A stretch of DNA of 64,000 bases from Pseudomonadota bacterium (GCA_021325135.1 JAJPHT010000015.1:32001-96000); one strand, 5' to 3'. Positions 48,402 to 57,877 are shown, counted from the stretch's first letter. Numbers and translations: made by a program. Notes: generated from the sequence alone by a model not told the origin.

Positions 48402-48463
48402 CCTTCGTCACCACTGGGCGCGACGAGAAGGAGAGCGCCCGTCGCGTCCAGTGGTGACGAAGG
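48402..48463. repeat. Long intergenic hairpin (24-bp arms, one mismatch)
   Basis: CCTTCGTCACCACTGGGCGCGACG...CGTCGCGTCCAGTGGTGACGAAGG. Confidence 0.85.
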
Positions 48464-48470
48464 GCCAGCC

Positions 48471-50663
48471 TCACCGGGAGCGCCAGAAGCGCCGCACCTC
48501 GCCCACGGGGTCGTCCGTCGGCCGGGGGTTGAAGTCCGCCGGGTAGGAGGAACGATAGCTCCCCCACCCGAAGCGCTTGTCCATGAGGACGATGACGCCG
48601 CGGTCGGTGGGTCCGCGGATGCAGCGTCCCGCCGCCTGGAGCACGCGGTGGAACGTGGGGTGGACGTAGGCGTAGGGGCGCCCGAGGCCGGGGCCGAACT
48701 TCTTCTCGTAGTACGCGATGAGCGCCTCCACCTCCAGCGAGGGCTGCGCGAAGGGGAGGCCCACGATGACGACGCCCTTGAGGAGGTTGTCCTCGTAGTC
48801 GTACCCCTCGGAGAGGCTGCCCCCCTGGACGCCGAGAAGAAGCGCGTTGGTCACGCCGCGCCGGAGGCGGTTGACCAGGGCCTCCTTCTCGGCCTTGTCC
48901 GCGCCGCGCTCCTCGGCCACGACCTCCTTGCCCGTGTCCAACGCGGCCTCCACGTGCGGGCGCACCTGCTCCAGGATGGAATAGCTGGGGAAGAACGCCG
49001 CGACGTTGCCTGGCGTGGCCTCGGCGATCTCCGCGAGGCGCGCGCCGACGTCGCGCCACATCTGCGGGCTGCGGTCCTTGTACCCCGTGGTCACGCTGCT
49101 GTCCACGAGCACGAGGCGGTTCTCCCGGGGGAAGGGGCTCGCGTATTCGCGGCACGTGCTCCGCTCCGGCGCCAGGCCCAGCACGTCGCGCGTCATCTCC
49201 ATGGGGTGGAGCGTGCCGCTCATGACGACGCTGGCGTGCACCGCGTCGAAGACGGGCTTCGCCAGCACGGCGGGGTCCAGGATCTTGTACGCCAGCGACG
49301 GCGTGGGCTCCTTCTGGAGGATGCGCGCGAGGCCGCGGCGCTCGTTCCTCCAGTTGGCCAGGAACTCGTGGAGGGCCGCCAGGCCGCGCGAGTCGTCCTT
49401 GAAGCGCTGCTCGTAGGCGCCGATGGCCTCGGCCAGGTCGTCCACGAGCCCGTCGTAGTCCTTCACCGTGAGCGTGCTGCGCTTCTTGCCGAACGCCTCG
49501 TTCACCGCGTCGGCGAACTCCTCGCGCGGGACGTAGCGCTCGCTTCTCTGGATGCGCTCCTCGGGGTCGGAGGGCGGCTCCACGTCCGCCAGCGAGGCCA
49601 GCACGAGGCGAAGGATCTCGACGTGCTTGCCCAGCGCGACGTCGTCCAGGTCGTTGCACTCGTCCAGCGCGTCGTCCAAGACGTAGTCGTTCAGCTCCAG
49701 CGTGAGGTGGTCGCGGATGCGGTCGGGGAGGTTGTGCGCCTCGTCCACCACCAGCAGCACGTCGGCGAGGTCCACCTTGAGGCGCTCCTGCATCTGCGCG
49801 CGCAGGTCGCTGAAGAAGTAGTTGTAGTCGCACACGACGACGTGCGCCTGCGCCGCGAGGTCCAGCGCCGCCTGGTGGGGGCAGGTGGTCTCCTCGGTGC
49901 AGACGATGGTCAGCTCCTCGACGTGGTGGGGGCGCTGCTTGAGCAGGCGCAGCGCGCCCGTGTTCGCGGTCTCCCAGTACTGGCAGCTCTTGGTGACCTG
50001 CTCGCGGCGGCAGAACTCGGCGAAGCGCTTGGGGAACATGTCGCGCGCCTCGGGGCGGGGGCACATGTCCTGCTTGCCGATGACGTCCGCGACGACGAAG
50101 GGCACGCCCGCCTTCTGGCGGATGGCCTTCAGCGTGTCCACCGCGATCTTGTGCTGGCTCTGCTTGCTGGTGAGGAAGAAGACGCGCTTCTGGCTCTCCA
50201 GCGCGAGCTTCACCATGGGCGCCAGCGTGGAGACGGTCTTGCCCAGGCCCGTGGGCGCGTGCGCGAGGAGGTGGCGCCCCTCCTTCACGGCGGTGGCCAC
50301 GTCGGCGAGGAACTGGCGCTGCCCCTCGCGCACCTCGCCGAAGGGGAAGAGGTCCGTGCCTGGGGCCACCTCCAGCTTCGCCGGGGGAGGGACGTCGCGC
50401 GCGCGGCGCGGCTCGTCGGCGGCGACGCGGGGCTTCGCGCTGGCATGGACCTGCGGGCGGGCCTGAGCGGCGACGCGCGCGGCCTCGGCGCTGCGGTCCG
50501 GCCCCCCGCCCTTCTTGGTGAACCAGGCCAGGGGCTGGCTGTCGCTGCCCTTGCCGTCGCACGTGGCGCAGTAGGCCACCGGCTTGCCGCGGACGATGCG
50601 GCGCTGCATGAGGCCGCGGCACCTGGGGCAGAACACCGCGTGTCCAGGCGAGGCTTCGGCCAT
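48471..50663 (-). CDS. xpd: XPD/Rad3-family FeS DNA helicase with N-terminal Zn ribbon
   Basis: Q-motif REGQ, APTGLGKT, FeS Cys residues, DEAHNL, SGTL, SEGYD, QAAGRCIR. Confidence 0.92.
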   Translation of the reverse strand: MAEASPGHAVFCPRCRGLMQRRIVRGKPVAYCATCDGKGSDSQPLAWFTKKGGGPDRSAEAARVAAQARPQVHASAKPRVAADEPRRARDVPPPAKLEVAPGTDLFPFGEVREGQRQFLADVATAVKEGRHLLAHAPTGLGKTVSTLAPMVKLALESQKRVFFLTSKQSQHKIAVDTLKAIRQKAGVPFVVADVIGKQDMCPRPEARDMFPKRFAEFCRREQVTKSCQYWETANTGALRLLKQRPHHVEELTIVCTEETTCPHQAALDLAAQAHVVVCDYNYFFSDLRAQMQERLKVDLADVLLVVDEAHNLPDRIRDHLTLELNDYVLDDALDECNDLDDVALGKHVEILRLVLASLADVEPPSDPEERIQRSERYVPREEFADAVNEAFGKKRSTLTVKDYDGLVDDLAEAIGAYEQRFKDDSRGLAALHEFLANWRNERRGLARILQKEPTPSLAYKILDPAVLAKPVFDAVHASVVMSGTLHPMEMTRDVLGLAPERSTCREYASPFPRENRLVLVDSSVTTGYKDRSPQMWRDVGARLAEIAEATPGNVAAFFPSYSILEQVRPHVEAALDTGKEVVAEERGADKAEKEALVNRLRRGVTNALLLGVQGGSLSEGYDYEDNLLKGVVIVGLPFAQPSLEVEALIAYYEKKFGPGLGRPYAYVHPTFHRVLQAAGRCIRGPTDRGVIVLMDKRFGWGSYRSSYPADFNPRPTDDPVGEVRRFWRSR

Positions 50664-50697
50664 AAAGCCTCTCCGGGAGTCGCCGAACGTTGTCCCC

Positions 50698-52332
50698 TCA
50701 GGTGATGAACGGCAGGCGCTCCGGCTGCATCGCCACGCGGAAGACCTGCACGTCGCCGTCGTCGTAGACGAGGTGCAGGTCGCGGGAGGCGCCGAACTTG
50801 GCGTAGGCCTCCTGGCCGATGGGCAGCCGCGCGGGGCCGAACTCCTCGAACCCCTGCGTCGCGACCGCGTGCCGCAGCACGAACTCGTCGAAGCTCGGCA
50901 GGTAGGGCGCCAGCGACGCCACGTCGTGGGAGTACCAGAACCGCTCCAGCAGCGTCTCGCTGGGGGGGAAGGCGACGACGTTCACGAAGTCGTCCTCGCG
51001 CAGCAGCACGCTGGAGGCCTCCAGGGACGAGTAGACGAGGTCGCCGTGGTCGACGTGCGCCGCCATCCAGCCGTAGGCCGGGGCCTCGCCGGGAGCGTAG
51101 CTTGGCGTGGCGCCCGCGACGAGCCCCGCGCTGCCCAGGCCCAGGAGGGCGACGGCGGCCAGGGCGCCCACGCGCACGGAGCGCTTCTCCCAGAAGGGCG
51201 CCAGCGTCCACGCGGCCACGATGGCGGCCGCGGGCGCGAGGTAGATGACGCTGCGGTTGAGGAAGCTGATGCCCACCGCGCCCTCCAGGAGGAGGCTGAA
51301 GAGGAGCCCGCCCAGCGCCCACGCCGCGAAGACGACGCGATGCGGGCCAAGCCGCTGGCTCCGCATGCGCGACGCGGCCGCCTGGACGCCCATCCAGCCC
51401 AGCGGCACGAAGAGGAGGATCACCTGCGCGTAGAGGAGCGCGCTGCGCCACGGCTCGCGGTTGAGGTGGCTGCGGTAGTCGCTCCCCGCGTCGGGGCCCA
51501 TCCAGAGGGAGCCCAGGGTCTGCCGCGCCAGCTCCAGGTGGCTCGTGAGCGCGCCGTTGACCAGGAGCGACACCGCCAGGAGGAGGGGGAGCAGCAGGCA
51601 GACCCAGAGGGGGATGAGGCTGTGGCGCTCGCGCCGCAGGAGGAGGTGCCCCAGGGCGAAGGCCAGGAAGAGGAGCATCACGAAGTACGCGACGGTGTAG
51701 TACCAGAAGGGGAGCAGGAGCAGCGGCGTGAGGCTGAAGGCCAGCGCCGCGCGGTCCTTGAGGAGCGCGCGCCGCAGCAGCCCGTGGAGCAGGAGCGCGA
51801 GGAGGACGACGGTCGTGCTGGGCATGAGGACGCGCATGTCCAGGAGGAACGGCGCGGAGCCGCACGCGATGGCGAAGAGGGCGATCCCTCCGGCCCGCGC
51901 GTCGCCCCTGCGGCGCGCAAGGAGGAGCCCCGCGGTCGCGCCCACGAGGAGCACGACGACGACGCCCGCGACGGGCAGGCGCGACGCGGCCTCGGGCGAG
52001 AGGCCGGTGAGCACCGAGAGCGTCGCGAGGAGCGAGGGCTGGAGGGGCAGGCCGTTCCAGAAGTGCCAGACGGTCGTCGCGTAGAACGTGAGCCGCGGGA
52101 AGCCCAGCGACTTCTGGAACGCGGAGTTGGTCTGGGAGAGGGAGTTCTGGGTGGCGACGCGCTCGTTGATGGGGAGGTGGCCCGACTCCACCGCGCGCTC
52201 CGCGAGGATCACGTGGGAGAAGGCCCACTCGTTGGGCGCGTAGGGCTCGCCGCGCGTGCCGAGGCCGGCCAGCGCGACGAAGAGGAGGCACGCGCTCGCG
52301 ACGAGCACGGCGACGCGGAGGTTCTCACGCAT
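50698..52332 (-). CDS. Polytopic membrane protein, GT-C glycosyltransferase-like
   Basis: More than ten TM helices plus C-terminal soluble domain ending VYDDGDVQVF; adjacent to DUF1616-like gene. Confidence 0.6.
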   Translation of the reverse strand: MRENLRVAVLVASACLLFVALAGLGTRGEPYAPNEWAFSHVILAERAVESGHLPINERVATQNSLSQTNSAFQKSLGFPRLTFYATTVWHFWNGLPLQPSLLATLSVLTGLSPEAASRLPVAGVVVVLLVGATAGLLLARRRGDARAGGIALFAIACGSAPFLLDMRVLMPSTTVVLLALLLHGLLRRALLKDRAALAFSLTPLLLLPFWYYTVAYFVMLLFLAFALGHLLLRRERHSLIPLWVCLLLPLLLAVSLLVNGALTSHLELARQTLGSLWMGPDAGSDYRSHLNREPWRSALLYAQVILLFVPLGWMGVQAAASRMRSQRLGPHRVVFAAWALGGLLFSLLLEGAVGISFLNRSVIYLAPAAAIVAAWTLAPFWEKRSVRVGALAAVALLGLGSAGLVAGATPSYAPGEAPAYGWMAAHVDHGDLVYSSLEASSVLLREDDFVNVVAFPPSETLLERFWYSHDVASLAPYLPSFDEFVLRHAVATQGFEEFGPARLPIGQEAYAKFGASRDLHLVYDDGDVQVFRVAMQPERLPFIT

Positions 52333-53098
52333 GGACGGAACCCCGCACGTGGAGCCAGAGGTGGACCTCGCGTCCTTGCCACGTCACGACGATCTCGTGG
52401 TCGCCCTCCGAGAGGGGCGGCAGGGGGAGCGGGAACGCCAGGGAGCGGCCGGCGGCGAGCGGCGCCTCCTCGTGCATGAGGGGCGTCGAGGTGCCGTTGG
52501 GCGCGACGAGCTGCGCGTCCACGGGGCCGCTGCGCGCCGCGCCGCCCGCGGAGAGGTCGACCTGGAAGGTGGGCGCGTCCCCGGGCGCCAGCACGGTGGG
52601 GAGCCCGCTGACGTTGCCCGACTCGTCGGCGATGGCCAGCGCGGCGGGCGCCTCCGGCGGGCGCGCGTCCCACGCGAAGAGGGCGCCGCTCACCACCAGC
52701 GCTACGCCCGCGATGGCGAAGGTCGCGGGCGTCGAGGGCGCGCGCAGCCCGGGCGCGTCGCGCGTGGCGGGGGGCGTCCAGGCGAAGGCCGCCGCCGTGA
52801 GCGCGCCCACCTCGACGGCGATGGCCAGCGCGACGTGCAGGGCGGTGAGGCTCCATGCCAGCGAGACGACGAGGCCCAGGACGGGCGCGAGGGCGAGGCC
52901 CAGCGCGCACGAGAGGGCGAAGCGCTCCTGGGGCGCCAGCGCGCGGCCGCGGTAGGCGAGGGAGAGGAGCGCGTCGCCGGGCGCCCAGAGGAGGGCGGCC
53001 AGCGCCAGGGGAAGCTGGAGGCGCGTCTGCGGCGCCGCCGCGACGAGGGCGGCAAGCGACAGCGAGACGGCTAGCGGCAACAGCACGCGAACCCGCAT
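52325..53098 (-). CDS. DUF1616-like membrane protein
   Basis: PG..L..L....ERFALS.ALGLA; C-terminal VHLWLHV. Confidence 0.75.
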   Translation of the reverse strand: MRVRVLLPLAVSLSLAALVAAAPQTRLQLPLALAALLWAPGDALLSLAYRGRALAPQERFALSCALGLALAPVLGLVVSLAWSLTALHVALAIAVEVGALTAAAFAWTPPATRDAPGLRAPSTPATFAIAGVALVVSGALFAWDARPPEAPAALAIADESGNVSGLPTVLAPGDAPTFQVDLSAGGAARSGPVDAQLVAPNGTSTPLMHEEAPLAAGRSLAFPLPLPPLSEGDHEIVVTWQGREVHLWLHVRGSVHA

Positions 53099-53147
53099 CG
53101 TTCGGCGGCGGGGATGAGCAGGGACGGCCTTTCTGGCGCAAGGGCCG

Positions 53148-53480
53148 TCATCGGGAGACGTACAGGTCCAGGGGGGCCTCGCCCACGAGCCGGCCCGTGG
53201 CCGCCTGGCGCAGGACGAGCCTTCCGCGGTACGTGTGCGCGTCCTTGCCCGGCGGGAGCTCCGCGCGCCACGCGAAGCCCAGCGCCTTGCGCGACTTGCC
53301 GGGCACCGTCGCGCTGGGCGGCTCGAAGGCGATGACGCCCTCCTTGAGGTCCTCCGCGAAGAGGGCCACCGCCTCCTCGCCCGCCGAGGAGTTCTCCACC
53401 TTCGCGTCGACGCGCACCTCCTGGCCCACGGTGGCGGAGCGGGACGCGAGCGCGGGGCCGGACGTGGCGCGGAGGGCCAT
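53148..53480 (-). CDS. Small Ig-fold-like hypothetical protein
   Basis: Beta-rich ORF with typical codon usage. Confidence 0.6.
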   Translation of the reverse strand: MALRATSGPALASRSATVGQEVRVDAKVENSSAGEEAVALFAEDLKEGVIAFEPPSATVPGKSRKALGFAWRAELPPGKDAHTYRGRLVLRQAATGRLVGEAPLDLYVSR

Positions 53481-53495
53481 GGGCGCGGGGACGCC

Positions 53496-53921
53496 TCAGG
53501 CCCGCTTCAGCCTGCCGAGCGTCGGCTCGCAGAGGGCGCCGCCATCCAGCAGGGCGTCCAGCGCCAGCTCCACGTCGCGCTCGGGCACGCCCTCCAGCGC
53601 GGCCGCGATGACGATCTCCTCGTAGGCGGCCCCCGCGCCCCCGTCCAGGCGCTCCACGAGGGCCGCCACCTCCGCCTCCAGCGGCGTCCACGCGCGCTCC
53701 GGCGGCCGCTGCGGGTAACCCAGGGTCTCCGAGAGCGTCGCCTCCATGTGGGCCAGCAGCGCGCGGCGCTGGGCGTCCTCCGGGCTGCCGGGCGCCGCGG
53801 CGTGCCGGCGCAGATAATAGTAGGCGCTCTCCACGAGGTCCACGAGGCGCTCCGCCATGGGGTCGCGCGCCGGCGGGATGGTGTTAGTTTCGTCGCTCAG
53901 ATCGAGGCGGATGTCGCCCAT
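53496..53921 (-). CDS. Hypothetical protein with C-terminal winged helix (MCM/RPA C-terminal-like)
   Basis: AYEEIV..GVPERDVELALDALLDGGALCEPTLGRLK. Confidence 0.65.
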   Translation of the reverse strand: MGDIRLDLSDETNTIPPARDPMAERLVDLVESAYYYLRRHAAAPGSPEDAQRRALLAHMEATLSETLGYPQRPPERAWTPLEAEVAALVERLDGGAGAAYEEIVIAAALEGVPERDVELALDALLDGGALCEPTLGRLKRA

Positions 53922-53976
53922 GGGCCGCCGGGAACCCGGCCTGCTGTGTGGGCGTGTGGGGGAGGGCGCGTCGAAA

Positions 53977-54531
53977 TTACCTCCCGCGCAGGTGCGCCAC
54001 GAGCCCCGCAAGGGCCTGGCCGCGGTGCGAGACGCGGTTCTTGACCTCGGCGGGAAGCTCCGCGAAGGTCTGGTCGAACCCCTCGGGCACGAAGATGGGA
54101 TCGAAGCCGAAGCCGTGCCCCTGGCTGCGCGGCGCGTGGAGGAGCCGCCCCTCGCAGCGGCCGGGGAAGAGGCGCGTCTGCGCGCCGTCGTGGTAGCCGA
54201 CGACCGCGGCGAAGTGCGCGCGCCGCTCCTCCACGCCCTCCATGAGCTTGAGGATCCCGGGGACGCCGATGGTCTGGAGCGCGTGCGCGCTGAAGACGCC
54301 GGGGAACCCCTTGAGGTGATGCACGAAGAGGCCGCCGTCGTCCACGATGAACGGCGCGGGGAGGCGGCCCACCAGGACCTCGCACTTCGCGCGGGCGATC
54401 TCCTCCAGCGTGTCGGCCTGGATCTCCACGGGCTTCAGGTCGGAGCCCACCACCTCGATGCCCAGGGGCGAGAGCGCGGTCGTCGCCTCGTGGAGCTTGC
54501 CCTTGTTGGACGTGACGAAGGTGAGGCGCAC
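53977..54531 (-). CDS. rdgB: Non-canonical purine NTP pyrophosphatase (RdgB/HAM1)
   Basis: TSNKGK, DDGGL..L.GFPG, GFGFDPIF, KNRVSHRG. Confidence 0.95.
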   Translation of the reverse strand: MRLTFVTSNKGKLHEATTALSPLGIEVVGSDLKPVEIQADTLEEIARAKCEVLVGRLPAPFIVDDGGLFVHHLKGFPGVFSAHALQTIGVPGILKLMEGVEERRAHFAAVVGYHDGAQTRLFPGRCEGRLLHAPRSQGHGFGFDPIFVPEGFDQTFAELPAEVKNRVSHRGQALAGLVAHLRGR

Positions 54532-54581
54532 GGCGGCGGAGCCGGCCGAGGCGGGATAGCCCTTTGCTCGCCGCGCCTCCG

Positions 54582-54723
54582 CTGGGGGCTGCCGCCCCCA
54601 GACCCCCGCGAAACCCGAATCTCCGAATCACCGAGGAAACAACCTGCGGGTGTGTATCGCGGCGCTGATTCGGAGATTCTGAGATTCGGGTTTTGTGGGG
54701 GTTTGGGGGACGGAGTCCCCCAG
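54582..54723. repeat. Long imperfect inverted repeat bounded by outward-facing REP-like units
   Basis: CTGGGGGCTGCCGCCCCCAGACCCCCGCGAAACCCGAATCTC...GAGATTCGGGTTTTGTGGGGGTTTGGGGGACGGAGTCCCCCAG. Confidence 0.8.
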
Positions 54724-54745
54724 GAGAAATGCAAAGAAGAAAAGC

Positions 54746-55147
54746 TCACGGCCGCCGCGACGTGGGTTGCCGCCGTCGCGTGAGCCAGCGCGGGATGGGG
54801 TCCACGTCCTCGTTGAGCGCCTCGACGTGCTCCAGGAAGGCGTGGATCGCCCCAGGGGCGAGGCCCGAGCGCGGCTCGCCTTCGAGGCGCTCCAATTCCT
54901 CGCCCTTCTCGAAGTAGACCAGCGTGGGCGCGGAGGGGATGCCGTGCTCGCGGCGGCGCGGGTCGCGCGGGCCCTGCAGGTGGGCGCGCACGCAGATGGC
55001 CAACGACTCGGGGGCGGCCTCCTCGAAGTCGCGCACGGCGGCGAGGCTCCCGGGGCCCGCGCCGTGGAAGAGGACGACGACGCGCTCCGTGCGCGCGAGG
55101 AGCGAGGCGAAGTCGGGGGCGGGCCACTCGTCGAGCCGCCCGCTCAT
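54746..55147 (-). CDS. Thioredoxin-fold protein lacking CxxC
   Basis: VVVLFH..., GIPSAPTLVYFEKGEELERLEG; ATGA overlap with upstream regulator. Confidence 0.7.
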   Translation of the reverse strand: MSGRLDEWPAPDFASLLARTERVVVLFHGAGPGSLAAVRDFEEAAPESLAICVRAHLQGPRDPRRREHGIPSAPTLVYFEKGEELERLEGEPRSGLAPGAIHAFLEHVEALNEDVDPIPRWLTRRRQPTSRRP

Positions 55148-55998
55148 CGACGCACCGTGGGGGGCGCGGCGGTCTGGGGCGGCGGGGCGACGGCGCGCAG
55201 GCGCGCGGCGAGCGCGTCGTGGAGCCACCCTTCGGCGGCGCGGCGCGCGGCTACGAGGGGGAACGCGCGCTCGACGCCCGGCCCCAAGCGAAGCTCGCGG
55301 GCGCGGGCGAGCGCCTCGCGGGGTGTGGCGCCCGAGACGAGGGCGCGATCGAGGCGCCCGTCCTCGCGCTGGAGCGCCACGCCGCAGAGCGCGACGCCGC
55401 CGGCCTCGGCGGGCGAGACGACGGGCTCCAGGCGCAGGTCGCCGCGCAGGAGCATGGCGTCGAGACGGCGGCGCGCGGTTTTTGGCGAAAGCCCGGTGGC
55501 CTCCACGAGGTCCGCGAGGCTGCGGCGCGCGTCGCCCAGGAGGTGCGAGGCGAGCCTCGCGTCCGCGGGGGCGAAGGGCTCCTCGCCCGCGGGCGGCTCC
55601 TGCGCGCGGTGCGCGGGCGGCTTGCCCACGAGCGAGATGGCGGCGCGCTCGATGCGCTCCCAGTCCGCGTCGTCCTTGAAGAGGAGGTGGAGATGCGCGG
55701 CGTCGGGGCCCACGTCGGCGAAGCGGACCCCCGGGACCTCGGGGAGCCCGCGGAGAAGCTCCTCGTCGCGCTCCGGGGCGTCGGCGACGCCCTCGAAGAC
55801 GAGGAGGCCGGCGCGCAGGCCCAGGAGCGCGGGGCGCGGCGTGGCGACGAAGCCTTGCAGCGCGCCCTCCTCGCGCATGCGGGCGAGGCGCGCCTTCACG
55901 GCGCTCGCGGAGAGGCCGACGGCGAGGCCTGCCCGCTCGGCGGGGGCGCGGGGCTCGCGCGCGAGGAAGTCGAGAAGCTGCACGTCCCGTGCATCCAC
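55144..55998 (-). CDS. Lrp/AsnC-family regulator with duplicated HTH modules
   Basis: MDARDVQLL..VGLSASAVKARL and DARRSLADLVEATGLSPKTARRRL; same architecture as 18258-19175. Confidence 0.82.
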   Translation of the reverse strand: MDARDVQLLDFLAREPRAPAERAGLAVGLSASAVKARLARMREEGALQGFVATPRPALLGLRAGLLVFEGVADAPERDEELLRGLPEVPGVRFADVGPDAAHLHLLFKDDADWERIERAAISLVGKPPAHRAQEPPAGEEPFAPADARLASHLLGDARRSLADLVEATGLSPKTARRRLDAMLLRGDLRLEPVVSPAEAGGVALCGVALQREDGRLDRALVSGATPREALARARELRLGPGVERAFPLVAARRAAEGWLHDALAARLRAVAPPPQTAAPPTVRR

Positions 55999-56022
55999 GC
56001 CAGGCCTAGCCCCTCTCCATTC

Positions 56023-56520
56023 CTATAAGCGTTCGGGCGGGGGGCTCTCCGGCGTCCCGCATGCGGGGAGCCTGCGCCGCTCGCCCGTCATGAGCGCCCA
56101 GACCTTGGCGTCCAGCGCGCGCAGGCCTTCGCGCACCTTCTTGGCCTCCTGGCGCTCGGTCTCCACGAGGTCGAGCCAGTCCTTGAGGCCGCGCCCCTCG
56201 GGGAGGTCGAAGCCCATGAGGTCCGAGCGGGCGCCGCCGTGGCGGGCGAACTCCTCGCGCATGGCGAAGACGACGCGGAGCGCCTCGGGCGTGAGATCGC
56301 GGGGAGGAGGCGCGCGGCCCGGCGCCAGCGTGGCGAGGTCCGGGATGGCGTCGGCGAAGGGCACCGGAAGCGCGCGCTCGGCGTGGGCGATCCACAGGTC
56401 GAGGTCCGGGTCCCGCGCGCCGTGGTCGCGCAGGCGGCGCAGCTCCAGGTAGTCGCTGAAGTCGAGGCTCGCGCGGCGGCGGAGGCGGCGCAGGCTGGCG
56501 TGGACGGCGCGGGCGTGGAT
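56023..56520 (-). CDS. Hypothetical protein, probable non-canonical ATC start
   Basis: Coding-like frame extends 52 codons upstream of GTG 56364 to GGGTGATATC-ATC. Confidence 0.55.
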   Translation of the reverse strand: MHARAVHASLRRLRRRASLDFSDYLELRRLRDHGARDPDLDLWIAHAERALPVPFADAIPDLATLAPGRAPPPRDLTPEALRVVFAMREEFARHGGARSDLMGFDLPEGRGLKDWLDLVETERQEAKKVREGLRALDAKVWALMTGERRRLPACGTPESPPPERL

Positions 56521-56524
56521 GATA

Positions 56525-57832
56525 TCACCCGGGCGCGGGGAGGCGCTGGAAGGCCTCGACGAAGGTCGCCGTGGAGCCGCTCTTGGGCGCGGCAGGCGCG
56601 GAGAGCCCCAGGAGGATGCGCCCCTGGGAGTCGAGGCGCACCATGTTGAACTCGGGCGTGCCGCCCAGCTTGCCGTGGAAGAGCGGCTGCGCGGTGGAGG
56701 GCGCCACGGTGACGTTGGCGCCGTGGCCGCGCACGAGGGCGACGAAGGTGCTCCAGTCCGAGTCGCTGCTCATCGTGGCCTTGGGGTCCGCGCTGCCCAG
56801 CCATTGCACGACGGCGGTGCCGTTGTCCGTGGCGGCGACCCAGGGCGCGTACCCCACGCCGTGCGCGAGGGGGGTGGGCTCGCTCCACGTCTTCCCCTTG
56901 TCGCCGCTGAAGCTGTACCAGACGGGCTGGCCGTTGTCGCCGTCGCGCTGCGCGAAGACGACGTGGAGGCCGCCGGCCTTGTCCATGGCGATGCTGGGGT
57001 AGAGGTAGCTCGCGGAGTCGGGCCGGTGGGAGACGAGCTGCTGCGTCCACGAGGCGCCGCCGTCGTGGCTGATGGCGACGAACACGTCCTGCTTGGGGTC
57101 GTCGGTGGGCAGGCCCACGACGCCGCTCACGCGCTTGTTGTAGACCTGGTAGAGGTCCTTGCCGTCGGAGGAGACGACGAAGTTCCCCTCCCAGGTGTAG
57201 ATCATCTGCGGGTCCGCCGTGACGACGGACGTGGCGGGGCTGAACGTCTTGCCATAGTCCGTGCTCTTCACGAACCAGATGGCGGTGGGCGTGCCGAACT
57301 GCACGTCCTGGTAGGTGAGGTACACCGTGCCCGCGGGCCCGCCCACGAGCCAGGGCCGGTCCGCGACGGGGCTCGATCCGCCCAGCGGCGTGCCGTACCA
57401 GGTCTTCCCGCCGTCGCGCGACGCGCCCATGCTGACGCTGGCGAGGCTGATGTCGGCGGCGTAGAGCGTGCCCGCCTCGTCGATGGCCACGTCGCAGTCG
57501 CCCCCTTCGAACGTCGCCTGGCGCGGGTCCGTGGGGTCCGTCTCCACCTTGGTCTCGGTCCAGTTGGAGCCGCCGTCGTGGCTCGTGAAGAAGTACGACT
57601 CGCCGTTCTGCACGGCGGGCACGCCCGAAGGCGAGCAGAGGAAGAGGTCGTCCGGGTTCTTGGGGCTCGACGCGATGCTCGTCTCGCCTCCGCCCTTGTC
57701 GCTGACGTTCACGACGGCGCTCACGAGCGCGGGGAGCGAGGGCGCGGGCGCCACGGCGGCGGGCGCGGTGCCGGGCGTGGCGCAGCCGGCGACCCCCACG
57801 AGGAGGGCGGCCACAAGGAGCGGACGGAGCAT
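56525..57832 (-). CDS. Lipoprotein with BNR/Asp-box (sialidase-like) beta-propeller
   Basis: Lipobox VAGC; SxDGGxxW repeats (SHDGGSNW, SRDGGKTW, STDYGKTF, SHDGGASW, SGDKGKTW). Confidence 0.88.
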   Translation of the reverse strand: MLRPLLVAALLVGVAGCATPGTAPAAVAPAPSLPALVSAVVNVSDKGGGETSIASSPKNPDDLFLCSPSGVPAVQNGESYFFTSHDGGSNWTETKVETDPTDPRQATFEGGDCDVAIDEAGTLYAADISLASVSMGASRDGGKTWYGTPLGGSSPVADRPWLVGGPAGTVYLTYQDVQFGTPTAIWFVKSTDYGKTFSPATSVVTADPQMIYTWEGNFVVSSDGKDLYQVYNKRVSGVVGLPTDDPKQDVFVAISHDGGASWTQQLVSHRPDSASYLYPSIAMDKAGGLHVVFAQRDGDNGQPVWYSFSGDKGKTWSEPTPLAHGVGYAPWVAATDNGTAVVQWLGSADPKATMSSDSDWSTFVALVRGHGANVTVAPSTAQPLFHGKLGGTPEFNMVRLDSQGRILLGLSAPAAPKSGSTATFVEAFQRLPAPG

Positions 57833-57877
57833 GGGGGATGACCTCTCCATGGGGCTATGACCGTTGCTGTGGCCGGC

